Origin: Octopus vulgaris
Taxonomy: Eukaryota
Assembly: GCA_951406725.2 (NCBI GenBank)
Contig: OX597822.1
Coordinates: 73,470,001 to 73,534,000, forward strand
DNA length: 64,000 nucleotides
Direction of reading: 5' to 3'
The notes beneath the pieces were generated by a model. The model was not told where the DNA came from, made no database searches, and was given only the letters and a program-made list of their open reading frames with translations. Both the position numbers and the translations under genes were made by a program. Positions 13,993-29,204 of the stretch are shown one piece after another (the stretch's first letter is position 1; each line of letters starts with the position of its first letter).

Positions 13993-14429
13993 CAATAGTA
14001 ATAGCAACAACAAAAACAACAGCAACAACAATAACAACAATAATAATAATGAGGTAGAGGAGGAGGAGGATATCTTTTATTAATTACAGGGGCATAGACG
14101 AGTGGGCGGTCACAAAGACAATCAACAATTGGAGTGGGGTTTATGCAAAAGATGATGAGAAAGAAAAGCTATGTGACATTTTACGTCGTCGTCATGAGGC
14201 ATCCACCATTTGCTGGTGGCTCTCTACTAATCCTGGTGGGCAACACCTTTGTAGTACCACTCATGCGACAACCCTGCAACCCGTGGATCTGTTTGGGTAG
14301 CAGTAATGGTCGACTCTGTCGAAAGCTTTCGAAAGACAAAATTTGCTCAGAGCAAAACCGAAGCCAGGTTTTTTTCCCACCACCCCGTGAATCTAGCATA
14401 TAAAATGGCGGTTATAGTAAATAGATATA

Positions 14430-15070
14430 TTGAATATTTCGCACGTTTGCACTTTTCCGACCAGACCAAAAGCTGGAACTTTACATCACTGATGGAAAGT
14501 GTCGACCTCTTTGCTGAAACGAATGGCATTATGGACCGGAAATTATCTATGATATCTCTCTCGTTGGCATTCTTTCTCAGTAGCGCTACCATACCCCGGA
14601 TCTCAGAACTCGGAATTCCTCGGATCACAGAACTCGGAATTCCCCTGTTTTGTTACCAGTTGTAGTTAAGCCAGCCAAGAAGTCGCCGAACAAGCTGGAG
14701 TATAACAATAAAGCTTATAAAGCACACTATTCGAACAAGGCGATTTGTCTCTGGTTTAGCCGCTCACTGCCTCCTGTTTTTCAATGATGTTATCAGCTTT
14801 TTGCAGTACCTCTCCTCTCCCGTTGGGTGTTGTGGAAGGCTGTTCAGGTTGGTCGTAAAGTCCGCCATCATTTCTGACCCCTTAATCACTCCCAACAGTC
14901 ATGCAAGGTACAACTGGAAAGTTGCATACGTCTGCTTGGAACCGAGTAGCACGTGCCTGTCCCGGTCCGTGAAAGGACGAATTGTGATTTTGATACCACT
15001 ATGCACCTCCGCAACCTGGACCAATCAAACGGTTTTCATTTTGTTTGTTTTAGCGCAAGAACCCTGGCTA
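14430..15070 (-). mobile_element. L1/Tx1-clade LINE ORF2, N-terminal part of RT, decayed
   Basis: Minus strand RDKSPCSNSVLYKLY (KSPGxDG-like), NW*QNRGIP, GMVALLRK...IDNFRSI, LVGKVQTCEI. Confidence 0.72.
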
Positions 15071-16987
15071 TAACAAATTATAACTTTCATGTTTCTCATT
15101 AAAGAAAAGAATCGAGCACCATTCTCGCTTCTGGCATGTAGTTCATGATACCGTTTCTAATTACCTTTTCTGGTCCAAGGTGCCACACAGAGGAACCGAA
15201 CCCAAAAGCATATGGCTGGGAAGTAAGGTTCTTAACCATCTACGCTAGTTTAATTTCTTAACCGAGGTACACTTTACATTACATTTTCCAAGGACTATTA
15301 AAATGAGTACCAATGAAGTAGTAGAGTTCAATTTATTCCACTCTACCTTTCTAGACATTTTATACTGATTCATCATTTCATGTATATACTTCCACAATAA
15401 TTAAGCTATTTACCCTCAATAACTCATCTAGACAAGACAACAGTTCTCGTAACTAACTTAGAGAGGTTTTGATTTAGTACAGGTAAGGCTCAGTTTTTAG
15501 CATGTCCATACTTAACGGATCGATAGAGTTCAAAGATAACAAGAAAATATTCACTGGAAATTTTATATAGCACTTTGCCTACGATGTGAGACAACAGAGA
15601 CTCCCTACGCTATATTCATAATATAACATAGTGAAGGCGTGTAGCTTAATGGTTAGGATATTGGGCTCACGGTCGTGAGTTCGATTCCCAACAGCACGTT
15701 CTGTCCTTGAGCAAGACACTTTATTTCACGTTGCTCCAGTTCACTCAGCTGGCAAAAATCTCCCTGAGAACTACATGTGCCCAGCTACATGCGCGTTAAT
15801 TTCACGAGCAGACTGTTCTGTTGATCGGATCAACAGGAACACTCGTCGTCGTGACCGACGGAGTGCCGGTTAATACACCATGGGAATCATCGATGACTTT
15901 CATGTTGATTTATTTTGAGGGCGCCTCACATTACTACAGTTCAAACTGCATTATTCGATTTTTCAGAAATTTACAGTCCACATGTTTGTATTTCTCGGAT
16001 GCTTTTTACAATTTGAATCAATAGGCGACAAGACAGGACCTGGTAAGAAGAATGCGGTCACTATCATCTCCATCACTGGAACGCTGCTCTCCAAAAAACT
16101 AATGTAGAAAAGAAGTTAATAACGCTTATATAATATTATCTGAAATATAAAAAAAAAATGTTCCTTCCTGAGCCATGCCAAGCTCATAAGGGCCGGTTTC
16201 TCGATTTCAGTGGCGTAGAAATTCCCCACCTGGACGGGACGCCGGTCCGTCGCAGGATTACTCATTTTTGTCCGCTGAGTGGACTGGAGCAACGTGAAAT
16301 GAAGTATTTTGCTCAAGAACACAACACATCACCCGGTCCAGAAATCGAAACCACAACCTTACGATCAAGAGTTCAACACCCTAACCACTAAGCCACGCGC
16401 CTCCACTATCTGAAATTTAATCTATAGAAAAAATCATAAATAAATTAAACAAATGTGTAAGTGGAGGCATAATGGCCATTTTAACACGTTTTAATATGTG
16501 TATCACCGGTGACTCCCGTGGTACAAAATAAATATAATATTCGTTCTATACGTGGGAGTTTTCAGTGATGGCCATGCTTTAGATCAATGTGGTGGTTTAT
16601 ATAGTGAACTAGAGCATAGATATGCTAAAACAATTTTTTTTTAAAAAACACCTAATTTATAGCAAAGTTGGACCGGTGATGCAAAAGAAAATAAAAGAGC
16701 AAAATGAGTTTGGTGGGCAAATAGTCAAAATATTTGTTACGCCATATTAGGTGGCGACCTAGAACATTCGTTAGCATACATGACAAAATGCAAAGCGGCA
16801 TTTTTTCCAGCTCTTTACATTGTAGGTTCAAATTCCATCGGGTGTAACTCTGACTTTCATCCTATCGGGGTCGATTAAAATAAGTGCCAGTCAAGTACTG
16901 AGGATGATGTGATCGACTTGACTCCTTCCCCGAAATTATTGGTCCTTTTACCAAAATTTACAAATATTATTATTATTATTATTATTA

Positions 16988-17021
<34 letters not shown>

Positions 17022-17044
17022 CATCATCATCATTATTATTATTG

Positions 17045-17310
17045 CATTTGCACAGCTTCTAACGCTGGAGATGTACTACGGTGTCAGCTGTTCACTACCA
17101 GTGAACTAAGGTAACACCTCTTATTTTTCGAGCGCCTTCCGGAGTATTCGAGCGGTTCCAAGCAGTGCTGTTTTCTGCAAGTGCTCCACCCTTATTGCAG
17201 CCCCTATTTGTTCCCAGGGCTCCGACAATTATTGGTACTACTACCACCTTTTTTATCGGCCACAACTGCTTAACCTGTCATATCTATCGACTTTTCTTTC
17301 TTCCTTATCT
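17045..17310 (-). mobile_element. R4/Dong 3' end fragment
   Basis: Minus strand VVVVPIIVGALGT...VEHLQKTALLGTARILRKALEK*; flanked by (TTA)n. Confidence 0.85.
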
Positions 17311-17315
17311 CATAC

Positions 17316-17378
<63 letters not shown>

Positions 17379-17379
17379 G

Positions 17380-17414
<35 letters not shown>

Positions 17415-17625
17415 TCAGTCGGTAGGCTGGCAGAATCGTTAGCACGTCGAGCAAAATGCTTTGCAACATTTCATACGTCCTTCCGTTCTGAGTTCAAATT
17501 CCGCAGAGCTAGATTTTGCCTTTCATATTTTCGAAGTCAATACAATAAGTACCAGTTGAGTACTGGGGTTGATCTAACTGACTGGACCCCTCCCCAAAAA
17601 TTTCAGGCCTTGTGCCTATAGTAGA

Positions 17626-17688
<63 letters not shown>

Positions 17689-17702
17689 CATCATCATCAT
17701 CC

Positions 17703-17766
<64 letters not shown>

Positions 17767-17787
17767 CATTATTATTATTATTATTTT

Positions 17788-18025
17788 ATGTTTGACTTTT
17801 GCTTTACATTTGTACAAGCTGGCTCCAAGTCTCACCCAGAGACCTCAAGAGACAACAAGTTGGAAGTTCATGTTGGTGTTATGCCTAGGGTGCCATATAT
17901 TTGGTTTTGTACTTAGTGTTATACTAGTGAATGCCTAAAAAACCATACGAAAATTATGTTTGTTTTAAAACTTGAGATTACATAGAAAGTATTTTGCTTA
18001 GGATATGAGCAGTTCCCATGAGCAC

Positions 18026-18030
<5 letters not shown>
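17788..18030 (-). mobile_element. R4/Dong 3' end fragment (different subfamily)
   Basis: Minus strand VLMGTAHILSKILSM* plus 3' UTR; flanked by (TTA)n. Confidence 0.7.
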
Positions 18031-18084
<54 letters not shown>

Positions 18085-18085
<1 letters not shown>

Positions 18086-18520
18086 TCCATTTAACTTGCT
18101 TTGGTTAATTCTGTAAGAGCGGACAACAAGATGTTGCCAAAGATCTCACAGGGTTTTCTTCCACAATACTTAGCACTCAAGCACCAACCTCAAAAATCCT
18201 CGCTTTCCTCAATAAAGCAGTCTTCTGATCATGGTCTACCCTCGTGTAAATCACAATTTCTCAAGCAAATTTCTCAAACCTGGCTCTTAATGCTCTCGCT
18301 GCCCCAACTACTACTAAGATGACAGTTGCTGTCTTCATTGCCCACATTCGTGTAGTGCCATCTTTTAATGGTTTATATTTTTCACTCTTTATCCAGTCCT
18401 CTCAGCATCTATTCGTATATCCCCAGGTATGGTAATGTCTATGATCTTGGTTTCCTTCATTTTGCCAACTACAACAATGTCAGGTATCAGAGCATCAATC
18501 ACAGAATCACAGTGGATTAT
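18085..18520 (-). mobile_element. R4/Dong restriction-like endonuclease fragment, degenerate
   Basis: Minus strand IPDIVVV...KIIDITIPGD...EKYKPL...VVVGA...QKTALL with frameshifts and stops; flanked by (TTA)n. Confidence 0.8.
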
Positions 18521-18521
18521 G

Positions 18522-18596
<75 letters not shown>

Positions 18597-18829
18597 TAAG
18601 GTGGCGAGCTAGCAGAGTCGTTACCACGTCGGACGAAATACTTATAGGTCTGTTTTCACGTTCTGGGTTCAATTTCCACTAGGTCCACTTTGGCTTTCAT
18701 GCTTTTGAGATCGATAAATTAAGTACTAGTGAAACACTGCAGTCAATGTATTCGACTCAACCCCTCCTCCACAATGGCTGCCCTTGTGGAAAAATTTGAA
18801 ACCATTATTATCATTATTATTAATGGTTG

Positions 18830-19380
<551 letters not shown>

Positions 19381-20340
19381 AATGCATACATACATGCATG
19401 CATACATATATACATAGTTACATACATACATACATATATACATATATGCAAGTATGCATACATACATACATACATACATACATACATACATACATACATA
19501 CATACATACATACATACATACATACATACATACATACGTACATATTAGGTTTCTCAAAACCAGACAGCAGAAAGATAATTCGAAGACTGGAACTATAAAA
19601 ATCTGTAAAACTTTTCAGAAGTTTATCATTTAAGAATGTCTAGATATGCGAGTATATGCATGAGAATACATACATAAAATAAAACATACAAATCTGCATA
19701 TATACACACGCATACAAACCAAAATGCCTTGTTGTTGATGTTGAGATTCTAATGAAGGAGCCTTTGGATATACGTTAGAAACCGGCTCTTTCTCTATTGA
19801 CAAGAAATCTTGAAATAAACTGAATAATGACATACATACATATATACATAAACATACATACACCAGCTGTTATTTATTTTAAAACGAAGGCATTTTAGAT
19901 TGATTTATGGTTCCAAATTAAATTTATCACAGACGAGCATGCTCTTAACTGTCAACCTGAACTTAAGGCTCTCAGATCTGAATTAAAGAACTCATTTAAA
20001 TACGAGAAGAACATGGTTTTTTGAATAAATAAATCGCAATTTTAAGAACATCCGTACTCAATTATCTTTAATCTCTTACTTGCTTCAGTCATTGGACTGC
20101 GGCCAGGCTGCAGCACCGCCTTGAAGGTCGTTAATCGGACGAATCAGCGTTAGTACTTATGGTCTTTTTCGTTTTGTTTCGTTCTTTTTTTTTTAGTGTG
20201 GTACTTATTCTATCGATTCCTTTTGCCAACCTCAAAGTTACGGAAACGTAAACAAACCAGCGCCGGTTGTCCAGCGTTGGCGTAGAGAAGGGGGATAAAC
20301 ACAGGTGCAAGGACACACGCGCACACACATACATATAGAC

Positions 20341-20404
<64 letters not shown>

Positions 20405-20511
20405 GTATGTATATATATGTACGTATATATATATGTATGTTTGTATATGTATGTATATATATATAGGTATATATGTATATATATATATGTGTGTATGTAT
20501 GTATGTATATA

Positions 20512-20547
<36 letters not shown>

Positions 20548-21042
20548 CATATATATATATATATATATAATTAAGATTCAGTTAAATTAGGTACTTAGGC
20601 ACCAAGGCAGTTCGGTAGAGTCTTCGCAGCTCGAAGTTAGGTGAACATAATTCAAATAAGTAACAAGGATGTCCAGGTATCAATGCATTACGGCCGTTTC
20701 AAGCGGCTCCATTTAATTATCACCATCAACTGGAATATAGCTGACAACACCCAATTGATTTAATTCTAAATGGTTGTACACTATATGCTGCATAAAACCT
20801 TATAACGAAAGATAAAAATAAATATAAATAACCATCTCACCACTCCTATACATTCACCTTCACTATTTTTCTCTGCTGCTCTCTAAATTATAATAGGCTT
20901 AATAAGATAAGCATTATTCTTTAAATTCATTCTGCCCCAAATATAACATAAGCTAAATAATGTAATTATTTTGGTTTCTAGTACTGATATAAATTTGCTA
21001 AAAATGGTTTATCCTTTTATGTTGCAAATCTATATAGCCATC

Positions 21043-21129
21043 TACGTCTGAGGAGAGCGGTCTCTTTCAAACTGATGTAATGTTTTCATTGATCGATTAA
21101 ATGTAGCCGCTCGAGACGGCCGTAATGTA
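21043..21129 (+). ncRNA. Minimal type-I hammerhead ribozyme motif (GAGA instead of GAAA in this copy)
   Basis: TACGT-CTGAGGA-GAGCGG...CCGCTC-GAGA-CGGCCG-TA-ATGTA: stems I and II pair, stem III palindromic. Confidence 0.72.
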
Positions 21130-21509
21130 TTGATACCTGGACATATTTGTGTGTGCAAATAAATATATATATATACACTCACAGTTTCTGTCTACCAAAT
21201 TCCCTCACAATGCAATGGTCTTCCCGAGACTATAGTGCAGGACACCTGACGAAGGTGTCGCGCAGTAGGACTAAACCCAAAACCACGCTGATGGAAGAAT
21301 AACGAGAAAATATACGAGGGTAATTTTATGAAAAATGATTCCAAAACGTTAGTTCAACATTATTGTGCCATAAACATATAATTAATTAATTAATTAACAA
21401 TACGTACAAAGCAACGCATAGCGATTAGACGTTTCCTTTAACCATTTAAAATTATCGTAACCTTGATTAAGTTTTGTGACACCATCGTCTTCATGTTTCC
21501 GTTCGATTG

Positions 21510-21540
<31 letters not shown>

Positions 21541-21983
21541 CGTACCAAACCGCACATACACACACACACATACCAGAGTTGCCATAAAACAATAGCGCTA
21601 ATTTTAAGGTTCTACGGCAGGCTAGATGGTAGGAAGGTGGCGGGAGACAAGATATCTTACCGTATTTCGTTACATCCTTTTTAAAACTTGAGTTCGAATC
21701 CTACTACCGTTGACTTTATTTTTTTATTTCATCCTTCGGGAATAGAGCTTTCGTTCTTTTTTTTTTTTTTCCTTTTACCTTTTCCTTGTTTCAGACATTG
21801 GACTGATGAAATCCTGGGACACCACTCTGAAGGATTTTAGTCGAACGAATCGACAGCAGTATTGGTTTTTAAGATTGGTACTTTGTCTATCGGTCATTTT
21901 TGTTGAACCGCTAAATTGCAGGGATGCAAACACACCAACGCCGATTGTCATGCGGGGGTAGGGGACAAACACACACAGTTATA

Positions 21984-22051
<68 letters not shown>

Positions 22052-22379
22052 CACACATACACACACACTCACACACACTCAGACAAACACACATATATAT
22101 ACATACATATGGGATTCTTTCAGTTTCCGTCAACCAGGTCCACTCACAAGGCTTTGGTCAACCGGAGTCTATAATAGAAGACCCTTGCCCAAGGTTCCAC
22201 GCATTGAGAGTGAACCCGTAATCATTTGGTCGGCAAGCAAACTTATAAAACAAAATACCAACCAGTAAAGTACTGCCGGGTTGATTTATTCCTGGCTCTT
22301 TCTGCCTTAAAACCTCTACGCTTTGTGCCTACGTTAAAGAGCATTATATATTGTACTCACCAACATTACACGTGATAAT

Positions 22380-22820
22380 GTACTTTCTCTTTTATTGTGT
22401 TATATCATATTATTCTGTATTATAATGTACTATAACATATTGTATTATATCATGTTACACTGTGTTATTACATACTATATTGTATTATATATCACGTTAT
22501 ATTGTGTTATATTAAATTATATCATACTATATTGTGTTATTAAATTATATATTATATTGCGTTATATCATATTATAATGTTTTATATCATAGTATATTGT
22601 ATAATATAACATTATATTGTTTTATATCATATTGTATTATACAAAGGTTATAATGTGTTATATTGTATTAAATTATATCAAAATTATATTGAGTTATATC
22701 GTGTTGTTATTATATCATATAAGGCATCATATTGTACAGTATTATATCTTATTGTGTTATATGTAACATATGGTATAATCGTATGTTAACATATTATAAT
22801 GTGTTATATGTTTTATGTAT
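22380..22820. repeat. Degenerate AT-rich pentamer-like low-complexity array
   Basis: Recurrent TATAT/TATTG/TATCA units. Confidence 0.7.
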
Positions 22821-23209
22821 TGAGTTACATTTCATTAATCGCTCGAGTGTGTAAAAGGCTCGTGGTCTATTGGTTACAGTGTTGCACTCTCCGATTCCAC
22901 GATCGCAGTTTCGATTCTCGGACCGGGAAATCCGTTGTGTTCTTGAGTAAAACATTTTATTTTACGTTGCTCTTTGATCACTTAAGGCGGCAACCTGGTA
23001 GAATCGTTACCTCGCCAGACAAATTGCTTATCGGCACTTCTTCCGACTCCTTATGTTCTGAGTTCAAATGCCGCCGAGGTCGACTTTGCCTTTTATCATT
23101 TCGGTGGTCAGGAAAATAAGTTCCAGAAGAGCACTGGAGTTGATGTAATCAACTTACCCGCTCCCTAGAAAATTCCAGGCCTTGAGCCCTATAGCAAAGA
23201 GCGTCATTG

Positions 23210-23780
23210 GGGAGCCGAGGAAAATGAACCCCAAATACAGCACAGTCTTTCCGTCTTGCTCATGTGCAATCAATGCGCAGCATTATCCTATGGGTAGAGA
23301 GAATCCTGTTTGTATGCAACAGCAATTGTGCTTTGCTATGAAGTCTATTGTTTCTGCTGTTATTTTCGTGTTTCTTCCCGTTGTGTAGTATATGTGCCGT
23401 GTGAATTACCTAATGTTGTTGTGTGGTCATTGTGTTTCGTATGCCCTGTATTCTTAGCATTACGTGTTTCAGCGTTGGGTGGTGATTGCGTAAAGTATGC
23501 GATGGGTAGATTTTTGTAGCGTCAATGAGTTTTTGTAGCGTTTAAAGGTTTAAGGCTCTCTAGATATTGAGTTGTGTAACACGTTGGTGCTTTATTAATG
23601 TATTTCAGTAATGTAAGCGTACGTTGTTTTATTTTAGTGGGCGTTCGTCGTGTAGAATATATGTTGTACGAGTTGTGTGTTTTGTTTGATGCCTTTAATA
23701 CAGGGCTAGTGTTGGAGATTATTTTTAGATATTTACCGAATATCGGTAAATCACTGTCAGCTTCAAAGTGAACAAAAAAC
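23210..23780 (-). mobile_element. Possible Penelope-like element remnant (linker/GIY-YIG region)
   Basis: A/C-rich strand; PIFGKYLKII..., HNCCC...LPIG*C...VLYLG loosely resemble PLE motifs. Confidence 0.4.
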
Positions 23781-23869
23781 ATGTCGGTTGCTCTTAAAAT
23801 TCTTTCGTACGGCTCAGAGAAATTTATATCAAGAATATTTATGGGATCAAGTAACATGAATAAAAAAAA

Positions 23870-23925
<56 letters not shown>

Positions 23926-24369
23926 TAATAATAATAATAACAATAATAATAATCCTTTCTACCGGAGGGACAAGGCCTCAAATTTGTTGGGTGGGGACTA
24001 GTCGATAATATCGACTTCTGTGTTTCACTGGTTATTAATTTATCGACCCCCCGAAAGGATGAAAGGCACAGTCGACCTCGGCGGAATTTGAACTCAGAAT
24101 GTAGCGTCGGGCGAAATATCGCTAAGCATTTCACCCGGCGTGCTAACTATTCTGCCAGCTCGTTGCCTTAGGAAGAAGAAGAAGAAGAAGAAGAAGAAGA
24201 AGAAGAAGAAGAAGAAGAAGAAGAAGAAGAAGAAGAAGAAGAAGAAGAAGAAGATGGAGATAAGACAGACAATAACCACACCAACGACGGCCACGGCCAA
24301 ATAACAATACCATCCACGAAGACCACCACACCAATAACAACATGGAATAGTTTAAATGAAAACTGATTG

Positions 24370-24406
<37 letters not shown>

Positions 24407-24409
24407 TAA

Positions 24410-24486
<77 letters not shown>

Positions 24487-24505
24487 ATAATGATGATGAT
24501 GATGA

Positions 24506-25088
24506 TCAAGCCAAGGTGTTCTGGAGCGGATTATGGGGAAACAATGTGGTGCATAAAAGGGATGCAATATGAATAGGAACTATCAAGACAGAATCACAAG
24601 GAGGAAAGAAACAAAGGAATATTGTCATAAGCACGGATGATGTGAAAGAACAAGTGGGCAAAGTGCCTAACTGGAAAGCCCCCGGACTAGATAGCATCCA
24701 TGGCTTCTGGCTGAAGAGATGCTACGTGGTGCATGAAAGACTAGCAGCCCAATTGAATGAGTGTGTCCAGAAAGGTACAGTCCCCGCGTGAATGGTGACT
24801 GTGAAGACAACACTTGTAATGAAAGGTAGAAGAAAGGGGGAAATATCGTGGGGAAACTACCGTCCCATAGCATGCCTAAACATAATCTGGAAGATACTCA
24901 CTGGAATATGTGCAGCAAAGACATATACTTTCCTGGCACAGGAAGAAACACTACCAAGGGAACAAAAAAGATGTAGAAAGAGTTCTCTGGGTACCAAGGA
25001 TCACCTGGTCATCGATAAAACAGTTATGAGGCGTTGTAAAAAAACATATTACAAACATATATATGGCTTGGATTGTCATTAAGAAAGC
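24506..25088 (+). mobile_element. R4/Dong reverse-transcriptase fragment, degenerate
   Basis: PNWKAPGLDSIHGFWLK...NYRPIACLNIIWKILTG...LPREQKRCRK..GTKDHLVIDK; followed by (TAA)n. Confidence 0.85.
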
Positions 25089-25106
25089 ATAATAATAATA
25101 ATAATG

Positions 25107-25169
<63 letters not shown>

Positions 25170-28100
25170 GATTGAAAACTTAAGAATTCGATTGGAAACA
25201 TCTACACTCTAGATTCATGAAAAACAATTCCGTTTCGTGTTATTGGGTAGGTAGGGGTATTCTATAAAACCAACAAAATAGAAATCTTTGATCTCAGGGA
25301 ATCTGGATGCTGCCTTCAGAGACCGAGTAATTTCCATACGTTAGTATTTTAGGCTTAAAAGGATTATATGGAATCATAAAAGAATAAATTGATAGGAACT
25401 ATTATGAATCAATTTCCAAGTTCACAAGATTACTAAGAATCAGTTTTCAAGTTCATAAGCATTAATTTGAAGATATAAGAAAAAATCGCCTTACATGTTG
25501 ACATACATTCATCGTTTTATTACTTTATTTCTGTTGAAATATGCTGCTTTTTGGAAATAATGAAGAATTTAGTAAAACAACTCTGTCATTGTGAAGTTGG
25601 TGTTTGGAATAAATTAACAAGAAATTTTGATGAAAGATTTTAATTTAGAACTCCTTAAAACAAGAAATTTGTGTTAAAGAGCCAGGGGATGTCTCAAGCG
25701 GGTTGGTACCAAATGGGTTCAAACCCACTTGAGGTTTGGAAACTGATACCGTTTCCATTTTTTTTAATAAATATTTCTTGGCCATCACTTGCAAGCGAGT
25801 ATGATATACATGCACCATACTTTCTCATGGTTGCTTGCAATCATACACACCCTATTGGTACTTTCACCTTTGACCCAGTTGAACATCCAAAATGTGACAG
25901 CTTGAAGGAAACCTGAATAAGCACACAGTCGGCATTCCTTTCAGCAGATTAGACTGAAATAAGGTGCAATTGAGTAACTTACTCTAGGACACAATATGCC
26001 ACCTGATCCAGAAATAAAATCCACGATTTTATGATCATTAACCCGACATCTTAACCGCAACTACTAGGCCAGGCTTTTTAATGTCCGAGCAACTTGAATA
26101 CTGTCTTCTGGTTATAACTGGTTCCCTAGTTTGTTTCCAATTTCACATATGAACATTATCGCAAATATTTTTGTCGCTGCCACGTGTATAGTTTTCAGAG
26201 TTTTTTACCCTTTGACATTCAAAACCATGAAAGAGATGCCTTGTTCTGAAATTCCATGAGTGCTTAAGTGTTGGGTCAAAATTCTGTTAAATCTTCCAGA
26301 ATATCGGCCAAATCAGTTAGTGAACTTAACTGCAAGAACTTGTTTTGGTTTGGGTTTTTTTTTGGGGGGGGGGGTTTCCTACCACAGGGGATTTGAGTTC
26401 ATTTGTAATGGTCCAAATTTTATTGAGAATATTTCCACGTGAAAGCAAATGCAATTCATTGTGAAAAGAGCAGCCTGAATATTCAGTCTCCATGTCCTCA
26501 CATAAATCACGAAACAGCAATGTGTTTAGTGATGCTTTCTGGTAGCATTAACAATCTTCATCACATAATTCATTACGACCTCTCTTTCATGTTTCAACTG
26601 TTTCATAGCCAAAGCCTACCGTTGGATCATACAGTGTGTGACTTAAATTTCAGTTTTTACTTTTTTGCCAAAATCCTAAAACTACTGTCATATCCTAACA
26701 GAGCAGGACCTCCAGCAATAGAGATAGCAATGCAGTTTATAATACACTCAACAGACTTCAAATCAATACTTGGAAATTAGAAATATGCGCCAGCATCATT
26801 AAAGACATCACTTCTATGAGGTCTCAGTTGAAGTCTAGAAATGGCCCTTCTGGCCCAATTGCGCCAGAAAACTTGAAAAAAATTCTCATTAATTGTAATG
26901 TGCTACCGACATCTGTAGCCTCATTGTTTTAGAAACTTTGCCATGGGATAACCAGCCCCGTTGTTTATGACGACGAGGGTTCCAGTTGATCTGATCAACG
27001 GAACAGCCTGCTCGTGAAATTAACGTGCTAGTGGCTGAGCACTCCACAGACACGAGTGCCCTTGACGTAGTTCTCGGTGAGATTCAGCGTGACACAGAGT
27101 GTGACAAGGCTGTCCCTTTGAAATACAGCTACAACAGAAACTGTAACAAAGAGTGAGAGAAAGTTGTGGTGAAAGAGTACAGCAGGGTTCGCACCACTCC
27201 TGCCGGAGCCTCGTGGAGCTTTAGATGTCTTCGCTCAATAAACGCTCACCACGCCCGGTCTGGGAATCGAAACCGCGATCCTACGACCGCGAGTTCGTTG
27301 CCCTAACCACTGGGCCATTGCACCTCCACAAATAACCAACACATTTCCATATAACGCAGATTTCATAAGAAAGGATCTTAGCCCTTAGCCTGTCCGAAAC
27401 ACTTTAGTAAGTTTGTCCAAAATGTCCATGTTTTTCTCGGATGTTTAGTCAGCCCTTTCTTCATATGTTCTGAGCAATATAAAGCTCTCCTTTCATAAGT
27501 TCCAAGTTACTCAGATGGTTGAAAAAAGATTGAGAATGTGTATCGTATATGGATGCCCGAGGAATACATCATATGCATCGAATGTCATACACAGGAGAGG
27601 CAAAGAGTTAACGAATATATTGCTTAAAATGAAATATATTCATTATATCTAATCATATGAATCTAGAAACTAATAATTATATAATTATTTAGGCTCAAAT
27701 TTAATTAAACATTTATTTGAAAATATAACTAAAAGGTAACTAGCAAGATAAGTTAAAATAATTTATTATTTAGTCATAATATAAATAATCAAACAACCCA
27801 GTAAACGTCGAGTATGTTTTTAAAATTCTGATATAATTGAAAATATATTTTTTAATCTTTACTTGACACAGTTACTACACTGCAGCCTTACTGGGGCACT
27901 GCCTTGAAGGGTTTGGTCAATTTCTTCGACTATCGACTCCAGTACTTATTTTTTAAGCCTGCTGCGTATTCTGTCGATATCTTTTGTTGAACTGCTGGGT
28001 TACAGGGACGTAAACAAGCTAATACCGGTTGTCAAGAGGTGTGGGGTGAACAAATACAAAGACACATAGATATATAGATACAGATACACATACACACACA

Positions 28101-29089
28101 CACACACACACATATCAGTGGGTCAAATATCCAAAAAAGAAGAAGATACTCTGAAGAGCAGAGTAGTAATGTATTTACATGAAGCTAAATATATGTCCGA
28201 TCTTAGAGCGACGAATGGTTTCGCATCCATAAAGCTTTATAGATGATTTGTAAGGCTCCAACGGCTGCAGGCATATAACCTCTCTTCAGACTGGAGGTAG
28301 AACACCGTTACGTTCTGTTAATTTGTAAATAAAAGAATAATTCACACTGTCTGAGCTTTAAATGGGAAGAGTTATGACCTTCATACCGGCCTGATTGGCA
28401 AGTCTTATGGACCTAAGGGGCGAACAGGGAGTCTCCACCTTTAGGCTGATTCCGGTCATCAAGAATGTTTTAATGCTTCTAATCGATGAACGAGGAATCC
28501 CACACCTGCAGCAAGTGACGTTTGAAATGGAGGCAGGGAATATAGATCTCGTGTCTTGAGTTTAAGAGAGATCCCGGATCAGCGAGTCTATGAGGATCCT
28601 TGCTCGCACTGCTATTCAAAGCTTGCATCGTCGGCCCCGTTTATATAGGGCCCCGCCTGCTCTATGACCTTCTATTTAATTTCCTATGGAGTTCTTTCAT
28701 CTTTAAGTGCCACTCGTAGCTGCCCAGAGACGCGACGTAACGTCTTTCAGTGCCTCTGTGTATGTATAAATGTAGATAGGTATGTAGGTGGGTCGGGAAC
28801 TAGCTAAATTGGTAATTACGTACAGGAGTGTGTTTGCATACGTGTATATACAAACGCGCGGGTGTGTGTATTCTTTTTTTACTTGTTTCAGTCGGTTGAC
28901 TGCGGCCATGCTGGAGCACCATCTTAAATTTTTTTTAGGCGAAGAAATCGACCCCAGAACTTATTCCTTGTAAGCCTAGCACTTATTTTATAGGTCTCTT
29001 TTACCGAACCGTTAAGGTGTGGGAACCAACACCAGTTGTTAAGCAATAGTAGGGGAGACAAGCACAGACACAAAGGCACACACACAAAT

Positions 29090-29203
<114 letters not shown>

Positions 29204-29204
29204 T

